The notes: generated from the letters alone by a model not told the origin. A stretch of 64,000 bases of DNA from a virus (IMGVR_UViG_3300028588_000015:1-64000), one strand, 5' to 3'; counted from the stretch's first letter, positions 26,317-37,201 are shown. Translations and numbers: made by a program.

Positions 26317-27870
26317 TTGAAACTTATCGTCAAAAGGAAGAGTGCAGACGAAGAAACCTTGGTAGCGCTGGAACACAGAGGGGAAGAGTTAGATTGGATC
26401 GTAGACTTCTTGGACATCAATCCCAAGAAGAATCGGTCCGTGTTCAATGCCGAGGTTAACCCGTATGAGCTTATCAACGGGTACTGGAATTCGCTGTCAC
26501 TGCTTCGACAAGACCAGTTGTTTAATACGTATCGGGAGATTTGGGAAGTCTTCCAATCGATTTACGACTACGACGGGATGACGCGCGCGTTGTTCCCGCT
26601 CGTCAAGAATTTGATCGCGCTCCACGGTGTGGGTGAAATTAAGCAGTGGACGGACTATAAGAGCGGCGTAACTGTGCCGATCAATGATCCCAAACTGTTG
26701 ATAACGTACGACGCGGCCAACGCCAGCAAGAAGCCGCTCGACGGTACTTACTTGCTGGAAGATTACAAATGGTTGATGGCGGTATCGATTCTGGTACGCG
26801 CCATGATTCCGATTTGGGGGGTGTACATCAAGCGCATCAAGCGCGGCTCGGTAGGCAACAACTATAAGGAATACCGGGCGTACCTGTTGCTGAGTGACTC
26901 GGAATTGTTCGAACACCCAGCAATGATTAAGTTGCGGTCATACGTGCGTTTCAACACCAAGCCTGATCAGATGAAAATCTCTGCAATGCGCAACGGTCTT
27001 TCGACTGAAGAGTACGCGGAGTGGATGCTCGGCATGGTGGTGGTACGTAAGCTGGGTTGTTTGGACCTTTGCAATAAGGACTTGACAACCTCAGGTGTTA
27101 CGGTACTGTTCCATTACGTTGTGCATAAGCTCAAAAACAGTGACAACAGCTTCGGCGGCGCTGTCAACGAGAAGAAGTTTGAAGGCACCCACCAGGAAGG
27201 TGAGAACAATCTCTCCAACCTCGAAGGGTACAGAACGCCTGTGGAAATACCGCAAGGTAATATCATGGCGTTTCGGGTGTATGCAGAACGTACCCTGAAC
27301 ATGGCGCAACAGATTTGTCCTGACATCAACATTACTCAGGTCGAACGCTGCGTGCACCATGTACGAAAGCTGCATGGCTCGGTGCCAACGGTAGAGCAAC
27401 GGATGATCTTGCAGCTGGTGGTCAAGAAAGTCTTGTCGCCGCAAGCACTCATGCTGCTCAATCACGAAACCATGATGGGTATCATGGGTGTGGTACAAGC
27501 TGTCTTGTGGCATCGGGGTTACCCAGAACTGGCGGCAGCTGCGTCAGCCAAACGGGTGTATTTGGAAAGTGCTTCGGGTAACGATCACCGTTCACGAATC
27601 CAGCCGGAACAGTTAGAAGAACTGCGCCGCCTGTATCCGTTCCAACGGCGCTTGACCGCGAAACCTAAGCCAGATCAGAATAGTGTGGCGCAGCAAGAAA
27701 TCGAAGCTATCGAGAAAGGGCTGAGCAAATGTAATTGGGTATTGACTTTACCTAAGGAATGGGTGCTGGAACTGAACCGAAGTGAAAACAACAAGCGGTA
27801 TGAAATACCGAATAACTTCCGGATCAGGCTGGCACAACTTGTAATTGCAATCGCGAAAGGGGAATTTTAA
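26317..27870 (+). CDS. nvRNAP promoter-recognition (sigma-like) subunit (gp68-like)
   Basis: 517 aa, TTG start; synteny SbcD-gp66-gp67-gp68-gp69-gp70-beta-beta'-helicase. Confidence 0.72.
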   Translation: MKLIVKRKSADEETLVALEHRGEELDWIVDFLDINPKKNRSVFNAEVNPYELINGYWNSLSLLRQDQLFNTYREIWEVFQSIYDYDGMTRALFPLVKNLIALHGVGEIKQWTDYKSGVTVPINDPKLLITYDAANASKKPLDGTYLLEDYKWLMAVSILVRAMIPIWGVYIKRIKRGSVGNNYKEYRAYLLLSDSELFEHPAMIKLRSYVRFNTKPDQMKISAMRNGLSTEEYAEWMLGMVVVRKLGCLDLCNKDLTTSGVTVLFHYVVHKLKNSDNSFGGAVNEKKFEGTHQEGENNLSNLEGYRTPVEIPQGNIMAFRVYAERTLNMAQQICPDINITQVERCVHHVRKLHGSVPTVEQRMILQLVVKKVLSPQALMLLNHETMMGIMGVVQAVLWHRGYPELAAAASAKRVYLESASGNDHRSRIQPEQLEELRRLYPFQRRLTAKPKPDQNSVAQQEIEAIEKGLSKCNWVLTLPKEWVLELNRSENNKRYEIPNNFRIRLAQLVIAIAKGEF

Positions 27871-29343
27871 ATGAACAGCAATATTATCGTTACCAAGGTC
27901 CTGTTGCAGGAATCCATGACCTACCAACCGCAGTATCGTCGTACCTTCGAAGCACGCGTCGACGGCCGCATCGAAACGCTGATCGCCAACCGCTTCAAGA
28001 ACTTGAAGGGGGAAGTGAGCACGGGCGCCTTGGTGGCCGGGGTCGCCGAAGAATTCATGATGCCCAGCATGCAGCCGGACAAGCAAATCGCCATTGCCGG
28101 TAACTGGGCGCGGCCGATGTACCGCGCCTTGATCAACGTGACGGTCCGTTCGGTCACCGGTCACGACATCGCTTTCGTGCTGACGGCGCACAGCGATCCG
28201 ATCGACCCATCGATCCAAGGTGCGTTCGATGTCAACAAGCCTTTCTACATCACGAACATCGTGCAGCTGCGTCAATTCGTGGACCGCACCAGTGGCGTAT
28301 CGGTACCCGTGACGGCGCTTGCCAGTGCCACCCAAGTGATGGCCAACAACAATTTCGAGGGTTTCAACAGCAAGTACGACTTCCGGCAACGCCCGATGGA
28401 CGTGTTTAGCTATATCGGCCAGGCGGCCCTGAATCTGAACACGCCGCAGGAAGACATCTACGACGAGCGTACGATCCTGTCGAACACGCCGATCAAGTCC
28501 GAAGTACGTAACCAATTACCGAGCGTGTTCGTGTCCAAGGTGCTGGGTGCGTACAAGATGGCAAACGGCAGCTCCGGCTCGATCGGCGGCACCCAGTTCG
28601 ACCAGCTGTCCGAAGCCCAAGGCCTTATCATGGAACAAGAGTCGGCCCAAGATATGTTTTTGGCTGCGCTGCGGGCACAGCGTAAACAAGGGTTCGACGA
28701 GAACGTGACCAACTGGTTCACGCTCGCTGAACTGCATGCGCTCTCGCCGAACGACGTCACGCGCTCGCCGAAGTTGGTACCGCTGTCGCGTGACGTGGTC
28801 AACCTGCGGGCTCAGGGTCCGGGCCAAACCTGGAGCTACAGCAAGCCGCTTCAGCGTATGGCATCCTACCTGAAGGACACGGTGCCGGCCTTGATGATGG
28901 ACAACATGCTGATGCGTGCACACATCCATTGCAGTAACCGGGTGTTCTCCGACGGCCGCATGATGGCTCATGTCAAAGACTGGAATACCTTCGCTGATGT
29001 CGACGTCACGCAGAACATCCAGATGCTGGAAAGTCGTCTGGTGCGCGAAGTGATGATGCCGCTGTCCGAGCAAAACACGCTCGCGCTCGACGTCGACATG
29101 CTCGTGATGGTCGATGCCGACAGCCGTTTCACGATTTCGTTCAATGGCAGTCAGGGCGAGGAATTCGTGGCACCGACGTTTGCGGGCGCGTTGCTGTCGC
29201 CGGTATTGACCTCGAATGCACAGGCAGCGTTCACGATGGCCAACGAGTTCAAGGAACTGGGCGACATGATCAACGATGCGGCGACCCAGATGCCCACGAT
29301 GAAGGGTGCGGTCTTCATGGGCGGCGGTAAGCGCGCCTTCTAA
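27871..29343 (+). CDS. gp69/PicA-position protein (nuclear import factor by synteny)
   Basis: 490 aa directly after the gp68-like gene; assignment by gene order only. Confidence 0.62.
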   Translation: MNSNIIVTKVLLQESMTYQPQYRRTFEARVDGRIETLIANRFKNLKGEVSTGALVAGVAEEFMMPSMQPDKQIAIAGNWARPMYRALINVTVRSVTGHDIAFVLTAHSDPIDPSIQGAFDVNKPFYITNIVQLRQFVDRTSGVSVPVTALASATQVMANNNFEGFNSKYDFRQRPMDVFSYIGQAALNLNTPQEDIYDERTILSNTPIKSEVRNQLPSVFVSKVLGAYKMANGSSGSIGGTQFDQLSEAQGLIMEQESAQDMFLAALRAQRKQGFDENVTNWFTLAELHALSPNDVTRSPKLVPLSRDVVNLRAQGPGQTWSYSKPLQRMASYLKDTVPALMMDNMLMRAHIHCSNRVFSDGRMMAHVKDWNTFADVDVTQNIQMLESRLVREVMMPLSEQNTLALDVDMLVMVDADSRFTISFNGSQGEEFVAPTFAGALLSPVLTSNAQAAFTMANEFKELGDMINDAATQMPTMKGAVFMGGGKRAF

Positions 29344-29389
29344 TAAACAATCATTCCCCCTTCCAAGCGAAGGGGTAGAAAGGAAACTT

Positions 29390-30751
29390 ATGAAATTGCT
29401 TGAATTCGACAAACAGCTGCTGAGTACGGCTGGTCTGGTCTACGACGAGGATGGTTTCGTTTCCCGGAAGGAAGGAAACCAAAGCGTCCCCGTTACCATC
29501 AAGGACCAGCGTCTGGTGCTCGCCACCGATGCGCAGCTGGAAAACAGTGACTGGCAACATCGGGTGGTGTTCAATCCGATGTATGAAGGTCTGGCACGGA
29601 AAGAATCGCCCGTCCATGAAGCATTCCGCCTGATGATCAATGTGCGTCTGAACACGATCTTCGGCGTGCTGCTGGCCAAGCTGCTGGACATCTCGGGCAA
29701 CACCGACCTTCACCCGCACTTGTCGCCGGAACAAACCGAGTTCCTCGACGTCATCAAACGGGTGAAGCCGACCGACACGATGAAGAACTACGTCAAGATC
29801 CTCGAGGCGTTCCCGGGCGACCGTGCCTTTGTCAACATCTACAGCAAACCGGGCGGCCTAGTCGGCGACGTCAAGTACGCACGCGCGGCCATCGTCAGCT
29901 TCCCGATCTACGAAGCGCTGGCGAAGGCGGAAGACAAAGTCATTACCACCCCGGCCGGGAAAGTCACGCTCAGTACCAAGAAGGACATCGAAACCTTCAA
30001 GCTGGCGATCGAGTACATCATCCCGAAGATCAACGACAAGCACTTCTACGATGTCGGCAGCACGTCGAAAATGGCACCGCTGATGGAATCGCTCCTGAAA
30101 GCAGCGGCCGGTATCTTCGTGCCGCTCGACCATCAGGTGCGTCTGTTCGCTGACCGCATCGAAGACGCCGAACTTCTCATGACCCCGCTCGACTGGGCCA
30201 ACGAGATCGACACCAACATCACGGGGCTGTACAACGAAGCGCGCCGTCGCGGCATGATGAACGGCAACGAAGGCGATCCGCTGAACGCACCACCGCCCCC
30301 GGCCGCACCGGCACAGCAACAAGCCGCACAGGCCGCGCCGGCCGTCAAACGGGAAGTGCTGATCAACCCGATCACCGGCAAACCGATGGATATGCGTCCG
30401 CAAGAAGTTAAGCCGTCGCCGTTCCCGACGCCGAATGTGGCGCCGCAGCAGCATCAATTCCAGCCGCCCCCGCAACAGTTCTCGGGACATGGCCAACCGT
30501 TCAACAGTTTCCAAGCGCAAGCGCCGGCTGCACCGGCAATTCGCCCGAACGGTAAAGCAGACCTGATGGCGGCTATTAACGGCAACCCGGCTCTGGCAGT
30601 CGCCACGAGCGGCGTGGCGCTGGGCGGTGTGGCGCCGCAAATGCAAAACCAAGGTCGCACACCCGGCTGGGCACAAGGTGGCGGTCAAGGTTTTGTGCAG
30701 CAGAGCGGTTTCGCACCGGTCGGCGGCGGCACACCGCGTCGCGGTTTCTAA
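29390..30751 (+). CDS. gp70-like conserved protein with Q/P/G-rich disordered C-terminus
   Basis: ATG at 29390 after AAGGA; synteny; low-complexity last ~150 aa. Confidence 0.7.
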   Translation: MKLLEFDKQLLSTAGLVYDEDGFVSRKEGNQSVPVTIKDQRLVLATDAQLENSDWQHRVVFNPMYEGLARKESPVHEAFRLMINVRLNTIFGVLLAKLLDISGNTDLHPHLSPEQTEFLDVIKRVKPTDTMKNYVKILEAFPGDRAFVNIYSKPGGLVGDVKYARAAIVSFPIYEALAKAEDKVITTPAGKVTLSTKKDIETFKLAIEYIIPKINDKHFYDVGSTSKMAPLMESLLKAAAGIFVPLDHQVRLFADRIEDAELLMTPLDWANEIDTNITGLYNEARRRGMMNGNEGDPLNAPPPPAAPAQQQAAQAAPAVKREVLINPITGKPMDMRPQEVKPSPFPTPNVAPQQHQFQPPPQQFSGHGQPFNSFQAQAPAAPAIRPNGKADLMAAINGNPALAVATSGVALGGVAPQMQNQGRTPGWAQGGGQGFVQQSGFAPVGGGTPRRGF

Positions 30752-30756
30752 ACTTG

Positions 30757-30798
30757 CGGCATAAAAGGACGGCGCCCTCACAGGCCCGTCCTTTTTTC
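30757..30798. terminator. Bidirectional terminator with CGGCATAA flank
   Basis: AAAAGGACGG/CCGTCCTTTT between convergent genes. Confidence 0.8.
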
Positions 30799-30802
30799 TT
30801 TG

Positions 30803-31138
30803 CTACAACGTACGCAGTGCTGTGCTGGCTTGGCGGATCGTATCCACAACCGAATAGTTGGGGATAAGGAGGGACGACAAGTCTTCCGGCACCTCTTGCG
30901 CTGACGACAACTGGTTCATTTGTCGCACACAGTAGTGGTATTGCGGCGGAATCCCCATTGCACTGAATAGATCGTAGAGCGCACCTTGGAATCTTTCCAC
31001 ATCTTTGGGCGCCACCGCGATCACTTCATTTTCCGGGTGACTGCGTAAGTAAGTCATGTGGTCGTCAATGACATCACGGATGGCACGATCGTAATAATCG
31101 AGGGTGCCGGGGTTATACATCAGATTGTTGATATCCAT
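30803..31138 (-). CDS. Conserved small protein, possibly LysM/T4 gp53-like baseplate
   Basis: 111-aa ORF; LYDLF..MGIP..Y......N...S....L.IP pattern; weak assignment. Confidence 0.55.
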   Translation of the reverse strand: MDINNLMYNPGTLDYYDRAIRDVIDDHMTYLRSHPENEVIAVAPKDVERFQGALYDLFSAMGIPPQYHYCVRQMNQLSSAQEVPEDLSSLLIPNYSVVDTIRQASTALRTL

Positions 31139-31161
31139 GTTTCACCGTTTAGATTATTAAG

Positions 31162-31182
31162 GTTACATATTACCTAAGTGTA
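31162..31182 (+). promoter_or_regulatory. (T)ACATAT-N7-GTG promoter-like motif for nvRNAP beta
   Basis: GTTACATATTACCTAAGTGTA shares ACATATTACCTAAGTG with the phuZ promoter motif. Confidence 0.7.
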
Positions 31183-31250
31183 CTGAGATTGGTACATTCG
31201 TCATACAAGACTGTTGTTACAACACGAACGAAAGAAGGAAGACAACGCAA

Positions 31251-33419
31251 ATGCCATATGGAAGCAATCCATCAGCAGCATATTACATCAAGACCGAGTT
31301 CAATGAACTGAGAAGGGAGTTCTTAGGTGTTTGTGGGTTAAATCCTTGGTTTCCACACGATTCATCCCCGCGTCAACAGATGTTTGCCAGCCATCTCGGG
31401 CAAGCTCTGGTAATTAACGGGGTCACGCGCCGGTTCTTCCAGACTGGCATGGAACGTGAATACGGGAAGTACACGTTCTCGGTGAAGATGCCTGTCACCG
31501 GTGACATCATCAAAATCGTGGAGCGTTATCGTCGTGGCATCAGCGCAGGCTCGGTGAATCCGCCGAAGAGTCCGCAGACTTTGCTGATCTACGAAAACTA
31601 CGCAACTAAGGAAATCGGGTTCGTGGATTTGCCCACGCACTCGAAGAATCACCCGTACTTTGGTTTCGAGTACCAAGCGACGGACGCCCTCAAAGGTATC
31701 CTTCGCGGTGAACTCCATAGCAATTCGGTGATGGAAGGGAAAATCTTCCTCGATTCACCCGCGAAAGACGCCAAAGGCAATTACGGCTTCGGCATGGAAG
31801 TACCGATGGCGTTCATGACGCTGCCGGGTACCTCCGAGGACAGTGTGGTGGTATCGGACGAATTGTTGCCGCACATGCGCTTCACGATCACGGAACGCCA
31901 CATCGTGGAGTGCGGTCGGGATACCTTCCCGCTCAATATGTTCGGCCACATCAAGCCAGACGGTACGGTGGTGTACAAACCATTCCCGGAAATCGGTGAA
32001 TACATCCGCAGCGATGGTTTGGTCATGGCGACCCGTAAGTACAATGACAATTCAGCATTGTTCGAAATGGGTCTGCATGACACGATGACACTTAACATTC
32101 CGTTCGACTACCCGTGCTACGCGACACCCGGCAAGGGTAAGATTGTCGACATCATCGTACGTCATGACCCGATGAACAACACCGGGTTGGTACCGTTCGG
32201 CATGGACGAGTACTTCAAGAAGTACGACACCGGCATGCGTCAGTTTTACCAGGAGATTTTTTCGGAGTACAAGCGTTTGCTCAGAACGCGTGGTGCGGCA
32301 TTGAAGTTAACGCCTGCCTTCAGTACCCTGGTGGAAGAAGCCATCGCCATGGTGGGCGACCATAAAGAACGCATCCACATGCACCGTCGGCGTAAACCGC
32401 TTGACGACTACACGGTGGAGTTCGTGATCGAGTACGAAGTAACACCGACCGAGGGCTTCAAGCTCACCGACTGTCACGGTGGTAAAGGCGTGATCTGTAA
32501 GATTATGCGGGCAGCTGACATGCCGGTGGACGAAAAGGGTAACCGGGCCATGATCGTGATGGACCCGAACTCAACCGTCTCGCGGATGAACCTTGGCCGC
32601 CTGTACGAGCAGTTCCAAAGCGCGTCGCGCCGTGATGTACGGGTACGTCTGCAAGAAATGCTGGGGATCGAACACAAAGACCCTCAGGCGATTGCGAAGG
32701 TCCAGCGGATTCAGCACAGCGATCCAGTGCTCTTTAATAAGGCATGGGATTATCTGTTGGGTTTCTACAAGATCATTTCGCCCGAGCAGTACAATTGGTT
32801 CATCAGTGGCGAGTACGAAAAGCCGGCGTATGAAACCATTGGCAAGGTGATCGCCGATGATCTCTTCGTTTTCCTGCCGACTGAAAATCAGCCGGAGTCG
32901 GAGCAGATCGTACAAGACCTGTGGAAGTATTACCCACCCACCTACGGGCCGGTGTGGTACACAGGCAATTCGGGACGGCGTATCAAGACCAAAGTGAATG
33001 TCATGATCGGCCACATGTACGTCATGTTGCTGGAAAAGACAGGTGACGATTGGACGGCAGTCTCGACCAGCCGTACCCAGCACTTCGGTGTGCCGTCGCA
33101 GATGACCAATGCCACGAAGTATCTGCAACCCACCCGCACCTCACCCGTGCGTTCGGATGGTGAAGCAGAAGAAAGGATCTTTGCATCGTACTGTGGCTGG
33201 GGGTTGGTGGCCGAGCGTAACGACCGCAACAACAATCCAGTCACACACCGGGAAGTCGCGTATTCAATTCTGACGGCCGATAAGCCGACAGACATTGCGG
33301 CAGCTGTTGACCGTGAAAAGAATCCTTTGGGTAAGAATCGCCCACTGGTAATGACAAAACACATGATCCAAGTCGGTGGCACGGTGCTGACTTACGAAGA
33401 CGTTGGTTTTACGCATTAA
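31251..33419 (+). CDS. Non-virion RNA polymerase beta C-terminal subunit (gp71-73-like)
   Basis: DSSPRQQM, EDSVV, GFKLTDCHGGKGVI and SRMNLGRLYE motifs of RNAP beta. Confidence 0.9.
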   Translation: MPYGSNPSAAYYIKTEFNELRREFLGVCGLNPWFPHDSSPRQQMFASHLGQALVINGVTRRFFQTGMEREYGKYTFSVKMPVTGDIIKIVERYRRGISAGSVNPPKSPQTLLIYENYATKEIGFVDLPTHSKNHPYFGFEYQATDALKGILRGELHSNSVMEGKIFLDSPAKDAKGNYGFGMEVPMAFMTLPGTSEDSVVVSDELLPHMRFTITERHIVECGRDTFPLNMFGHIKPDGTVVYKPFPEIGEYIRSDGLVMATRKYNDNSALFEMGLHDTMTLNIPFDYPCYATPGKGKIVDIIVRHDPMNNTGLVPFGMDEYFKKYDTGMRQFYQEIFSEYKRLLRTRGAALKLTPAFSTLVEEAIAMVGDHKERIHMHRRRKPLDDYTVEFVIEYEVTPTEGFKLTDCHGGKGVICKIMRAADMPVDEKGNRAMIVMDPNSTVSRMNLGRLYEQFQSASRRDVRVRLQEMLGIEHKDPQAIAKVQRIQHSDPVLFNKAWDYLLGFYKIISPEQYNWFISGEYEKPAYETIGKVIADDLFVFLPTENQPESEQIVQDLWKYYPPTYGPVWYTGNSGRRIKTKVNVMIGHMYVMLLEKTGDDWTAVSTSRTQHFGVPSQMTNATKYLQPTRTSPVRSDGEAEERIFASYCGWGLVAERNDRNNNPVTHREVAYSILTADKPTDIAAAVDREKNPLGKNRPLVMTKHMIQVGGTVLTYEDVGFTH

Positions 33420-33470
33420 TGCGCCCCTGGTGAGCAAGAAAGAGGGCCGGGGAAAAGAAACGGAGGAACG

Positions 33471-35576
33471 ATGAAGAAACTGAAACGCATTAAAGCACGT
33501 GTTTTACTGGATTACACGCAAGAGCAGTTGTGGCAAAAGTTTCACGGGGCGTTCACGCTGGTGTTTGATGACGGTTTTGCCATCGACACCAATGCCCGTG
33601 AAACGATCTTTTCGAGTTACGGTTGGGAACTGTTGCGGGTGTACCGTGATACCCCGCTGCTGTATCGACACCATGTGCGCTTCGTCCTCAAGGGTGGCCT
33701 GCTCAACGCCGACACCCACTTGAAGATGTTGGGTGAGGTCATGTGGTCGGTGTACGATCAATACAAGTTGCCGAATTACATGGCACGGCTTTTGACGGTC
33801 GATCCGGTGACAAAGCAAGTCCACGAACGGCTGGTGGAAGAAATCGATCTGCGCGAACATCTGTTCAAACGGGTCTACGAACTCACCAACTACATTTACA
33901 ACGATCTTACCCATCGCTGTGAAGAGTACGTGGTTTCGCTTAACATCCTGGACTTCATGGAGGTGTTGGCGCATCCGGTGATCCGCAAGATCAACAACGA
34001 GCTTCAACCCATTCCGGCCTCGATCAATAACGCGTACAAGGTGGTCAAAAAGACACTGGAAAACGCGCCTGAACTGCAAAAGAATCCGTTGGCCAAAGCG
34101 GTGCATTCCAAGACTGTGAAGGTTGACCAGCTGATGCAGTGTATCACGGCGCGTGGCACACTCACGGACGTGGACTCATATGTGTTCCGGCCACCGGTGC
34201 TACGTGGTTATGCGCGCGGCTTCCGCAGTGTCTACGAGGCGCTCGTGGAATCGCGCTCGGCTGCCAAAAGCTTGGCGTCGTCCAAGGCCCAGTTGCAAGA
34301 TGCCGAGTATTTCTCGCGCCGCTTGCAACTAATCGACCAGATCATGCAGAATTTGCACATGGCCGATTGCGGCAGTACGGATTACGTGGAGTGGCTGATC
34401 CGTGGCGAAGAGTTGGAGGGCGGTCGGGTGCGCCGCAAGTCCGATCTCAAAACCATGGCTGGTAAGCGGTACATGGACGACGATGGCGTCCTCAAGGTCA
34501 TCCATGAAGACGACAAGTCGCTGATCGGGCGTAAGCTCAAGATGCGCTTGGTGCGCAAGTGTCACCACCCAGATCCGTATGGTATTTGCAGTATGTGTTT
34601 CGGTGAACTGGCATTGTCCATACCGCGTGGCTCGAACATCGGCCACATGTGTTGTACGCACATGACGCAAAAGAGTAGCCAATCCGTGCTGTCCCTGAAA
34701 CACTTGGACATGAGTTCGGACGTCGACGGCGTGGTGATCAATTCGATGATGCGCAAGTTCGTGCGTGCCTCCGAAGACGAAAGCTCGTACGTGCTGGCAC
34801 CCGAACTGAAGGACGCCGAGGCGGTAAAACTCATCGTCGCCCCGTCGCAAGCACGCGGTTTGTCCGATGTCAAGGACGTGGAAGAAGTCGACAAGCTGAG
34901 CCTGACGCACGTCTCCGAGATGGAAACCATCACCATCGAGATCACGTACGAAGGGCAAGTTGTGCCCGAAGTGGTGTTCGTGCGCCAAGCAAATCGGTTG
35001 GCCAGTATGACGCATGAACTGCTCGACTATGTGAAGACGTTTGGTGTGACCACTGACACCGGCACGGGCAATTTCGTGATCGATATGGTGAACTGGGACT
35101 GGACGTTGCCGTTCTTAACGTTGCCGCCGAAGCACTTTAATATGAGCGACCACTCGGCCGCCATTGCGAAGATGCTGGAGTCCACGGTGAAGGATGTGGA
35201 TGCCCGCGACACCGAGACTGACCCGATCGAGTTCTTAAAAGAGTTCCACGATCTGGTCAATGATAAGTTGATGGTGAACTTTGCTGTCAATGAAATCATC
35301 GTCGAAGGCGTCATGATTCGTTCGGCCAAAGACTTCGATTACCGGTTGCCAAAGCCGGGGACCGAGGCCGGCCTAGGTGTGCGCTCCAACATTATGGAGT
35401 ACCGCAGTGCTACCGCGCGTTTTGCCTTCCAAGGCCATCGCGAGTTCTTGCTGAACCCAGCGTCGTACCTGAAGTTCATCAACGAGCGCCGCCCGAACCA
35501 TCCGATGGACGGGATCGTGATGCCGCTTGAAGTGGCGAAAGCCGAAAAGAAACGGACCGGTTGGACTGTCGACTGA
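33471..35576 (+). CDS. Non-virion RNA polymerase beta' C-terminal subunit (gp74-like)
   Basis: YFSRRLQ bridge-helix-like segment, DCGS, C..PDPYGIC..CFG Zn motif, QSVLSLKH. Confidence 0.88.
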   Translation: MKKLKRIKARVLLDYTQEQLWQKFHGAFTLVFDDGFAIDTNARETIFSSYGWELLRVYRDTPLLYRHHVRFVLKGGLLNADTHLKMLGEVMWSVYDQYKLPNYMARLLTVDPVTKQVHERLVEEIDLREHLFKRVYELTNYIYNDLTHRCEEYVVSLNILDFMEVLAHPVIRKINNELQPIPASINNAYKVVKKTLENAPELQKNPLAKAVHSKTVKVDQLMQCITARGTLTDVDSYVFRPPVLRGYARGFRSVYEALVESRSAAKSLASSKAQLQDAEYFSRRLQLIDQIMQNLHMADCGSTDYVEWLIRGEELEGGRVRRKSDLKTMAGKRYMDDDGVLKVIHEDDKSLIGRKLKMRLVRKCHHPDPYGICSMCFGELALSIPRGSNIGHMCCTHMTQKSSQSVLSLKHLDMSSDVDGVVINSMMRKFVRASEDESSYVLAPELKDAEAVKLIVAPSQARGLSDVKDVEEVDKLSLTHVSEMETITIEITYEGQVVPEVVFVRQANRLASMTHELLDYVKTFGVTTDTGTGNFVIDMVNWDWTLPFLTLPPKHFNMSDHSAAIAKMLESTVKDVDARDTETDPIEFLKEFHDLVNDKLMVNFAVNEIIVEGVMIRSAKDFDYRLPKPGTEAGLGVRSNIMEYRSATARFAFQGHREFLLNPASYLKFINERRPNHPMDGIVMPLEVAKAEKKRTGWTVD

Positions 35577-35586
35577 TCCACAAGGG

Positions 35587-35618
35587 CGGGGAGCCGTAGT
35601 TCAGGCTCCCCATTTTTT
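35587..35618 (+). terminator. Intrinsic terminator
   Basis: GGGGAGCC/GGCTCCCC plus T tract. Confidence 0.75.
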
Positions 35619-35659
35619 GGTGCGGCATATGTGTCGTTTGTTTTTAAGGAAATTCATCA

Positions 35660-37201
35660 ATGCCCGAATTGCGCGTCCATATACGCACCCATCACTTCGT
35701 CATCCGTGATATTCAGATCCGAGCACGTGCAGCCATCATGGCATTTCGTGGGCGGTACATCCAATACGGTCGGTTAAGTACACCCGGCGGCGGCAATACC
35801 AAAGTTAAGCTGCATACCTTTGGTACTGCTACCAGTGACTGGAGTGAGTTGCGTTTTCATATCAACCAGTTAGAACCCTTTAAGCAGACTCTGAAGCAGT
35901 ACGGTATCATCGATACCATGGTAGAGTTTATCAAGACCCCGCGATTTGCGCCCGTCAAGGTCGAGTTGCCGATCTTCCCCAAATGGCAACCGTTTGAATA
36001 CCAATTACCCGTGCTGGCGTTCATGAACGGCACACCTCCGCCACCCTTCCCGCAAGACTACACTGCGGCGAAGCTGGTCAGCGCCCAGACCGGTAAGGGT
36101 AAGAGTTATATGGGGATGAATTCGATTTCCCATCACGGGTTTCGCACGTGGATTAGCATCAAGCCCATGTACATTGAAAAATGGAAGGGCGACCTGAAGA
36201 AAACCTTCGATATCGACGACGACGATGTTCTCGTCATCCAAGGTGGCGAATCATTGATGGAACTCTTGGACGATGCGGTGAACAATCGCATCAAAGCCAA
36301 GGTTATCATCACCAGTAATAAGACCTTCCAGAACTACATCAAGCTGTACGAACTGTTTGGCCCTAAGCTCGCTGAGCATGGCTACCCGGTGCCACCCGAT
36401 GAGTTTTGCGAAGCTTGCGGTATCGGCCATCGCCTCATCGACGAGGTGCACCAAGATTTCCACTTGAACTTCAAGTTGGACTTGTACACGCATTGCCCGA
36501 CGTCGAATTCCTTGTCGGCCACGCTCACCAGTTACGATGCTTTCCTCTCGTCGATGTACGAGGTGGCCTATCCGTACACTGTGCGCGCGCCTGAGATGGA
36601 GTACCACAAGTACGTGTCGGCGCGCGGGCTTATCTGGGGTTTGCAATCACCAGAGAAGGTGCGGTATAAGAACGGTGGGAACTATTCCCACAATGTGTTT
36701 GAGCAAAGCATCCTGAAATACAAAGGGATGACCGGCAATTATTTGCAGATGATGAAGATCACAATTGACACTGACTTCATCCCGGATCGGCGTGAAGGTG
36801 ACCGGTTACTGATTTTCTGTGCCTCGATTGACATGTGCACGATCGTCACCGAGTACCTGAAGCGCGAATACCCGCAGTTTGATGTGCGGCGTTACGTGCA
36901 AGAAGACCCGTATGAAAATGCAATGGAGCCAGACATCATTGTCTCCACCATGTTATCGGCGGGCACAGCCCTTGATATCCCGAACCTGCGGATGGTGTTC
37001 ATGACCACCTGCATGTCGAGTAAACAAGGTAACATCCAAGGGCTGGGGCGGTTGCGATTCATTCCGGATGTGAAACTGCGCTTCGTTTACACTGCTTGCG
37101 AAAACATCGCCAAGCAGATGGCGTATCACGAAGAGAAGAAGATGTTGCTCCGTGATCGTGCGCTGTATTATCGGACGGACTATTATCGAACGCCCGTGTA
37201 A
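35660..37201 (+). CDS. SF2 helicase (gp75/UvsW-like)
   Basis: Walker A QTGKGKS, Walker B IDEVH, motif III SAT, AGTALDIPNL, QGLGRLR. Confidence 0.9.
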   Translation: MPELRVHIRTHHFVIRDIQIRARAAIMAFRGRYIQYGRLSTPGGGNTKVKLHTFGTATSDWSELRFHINQLEPFKQTLKQYGIIDTMVEFIKTPRFAPVKVELPIFPKWQPFEYQLPVLAFMNGTPPPPFPQDYTAAKLVSAQTGKGKSYMGMNSISHHGFRTWISIKPMYIEKWKGDLKKTFDIDDDDVLVIQGGESLMELLDDAVNNRIKAKVIITSNKTFQNYIKLYELFGPKLAEHGYPVPPDEFCEACGIGHRLIDEVHQDFHLNFKLDLYTHCPTSNSLSATLTSYDAFLSSMYEVAYPYTVRAPEMEYHKYVSARGLIWGLQSPEKVRYKNGGNYSHNVFEQSILKYKGMTGNYLQMMKITIDTDFIPDRREGDRLLIFCASIDMCTIVTEYLKREYPQFDVRRYVQEDPYENAMEPDIIVSTMLSAGTALDIPNLRMVFMTTCMSSKQGNIQGLGRLRFIPDVKLRFVYTACENIAKQMAYHEEKKMLLRDRALYYRTDYYRTPV

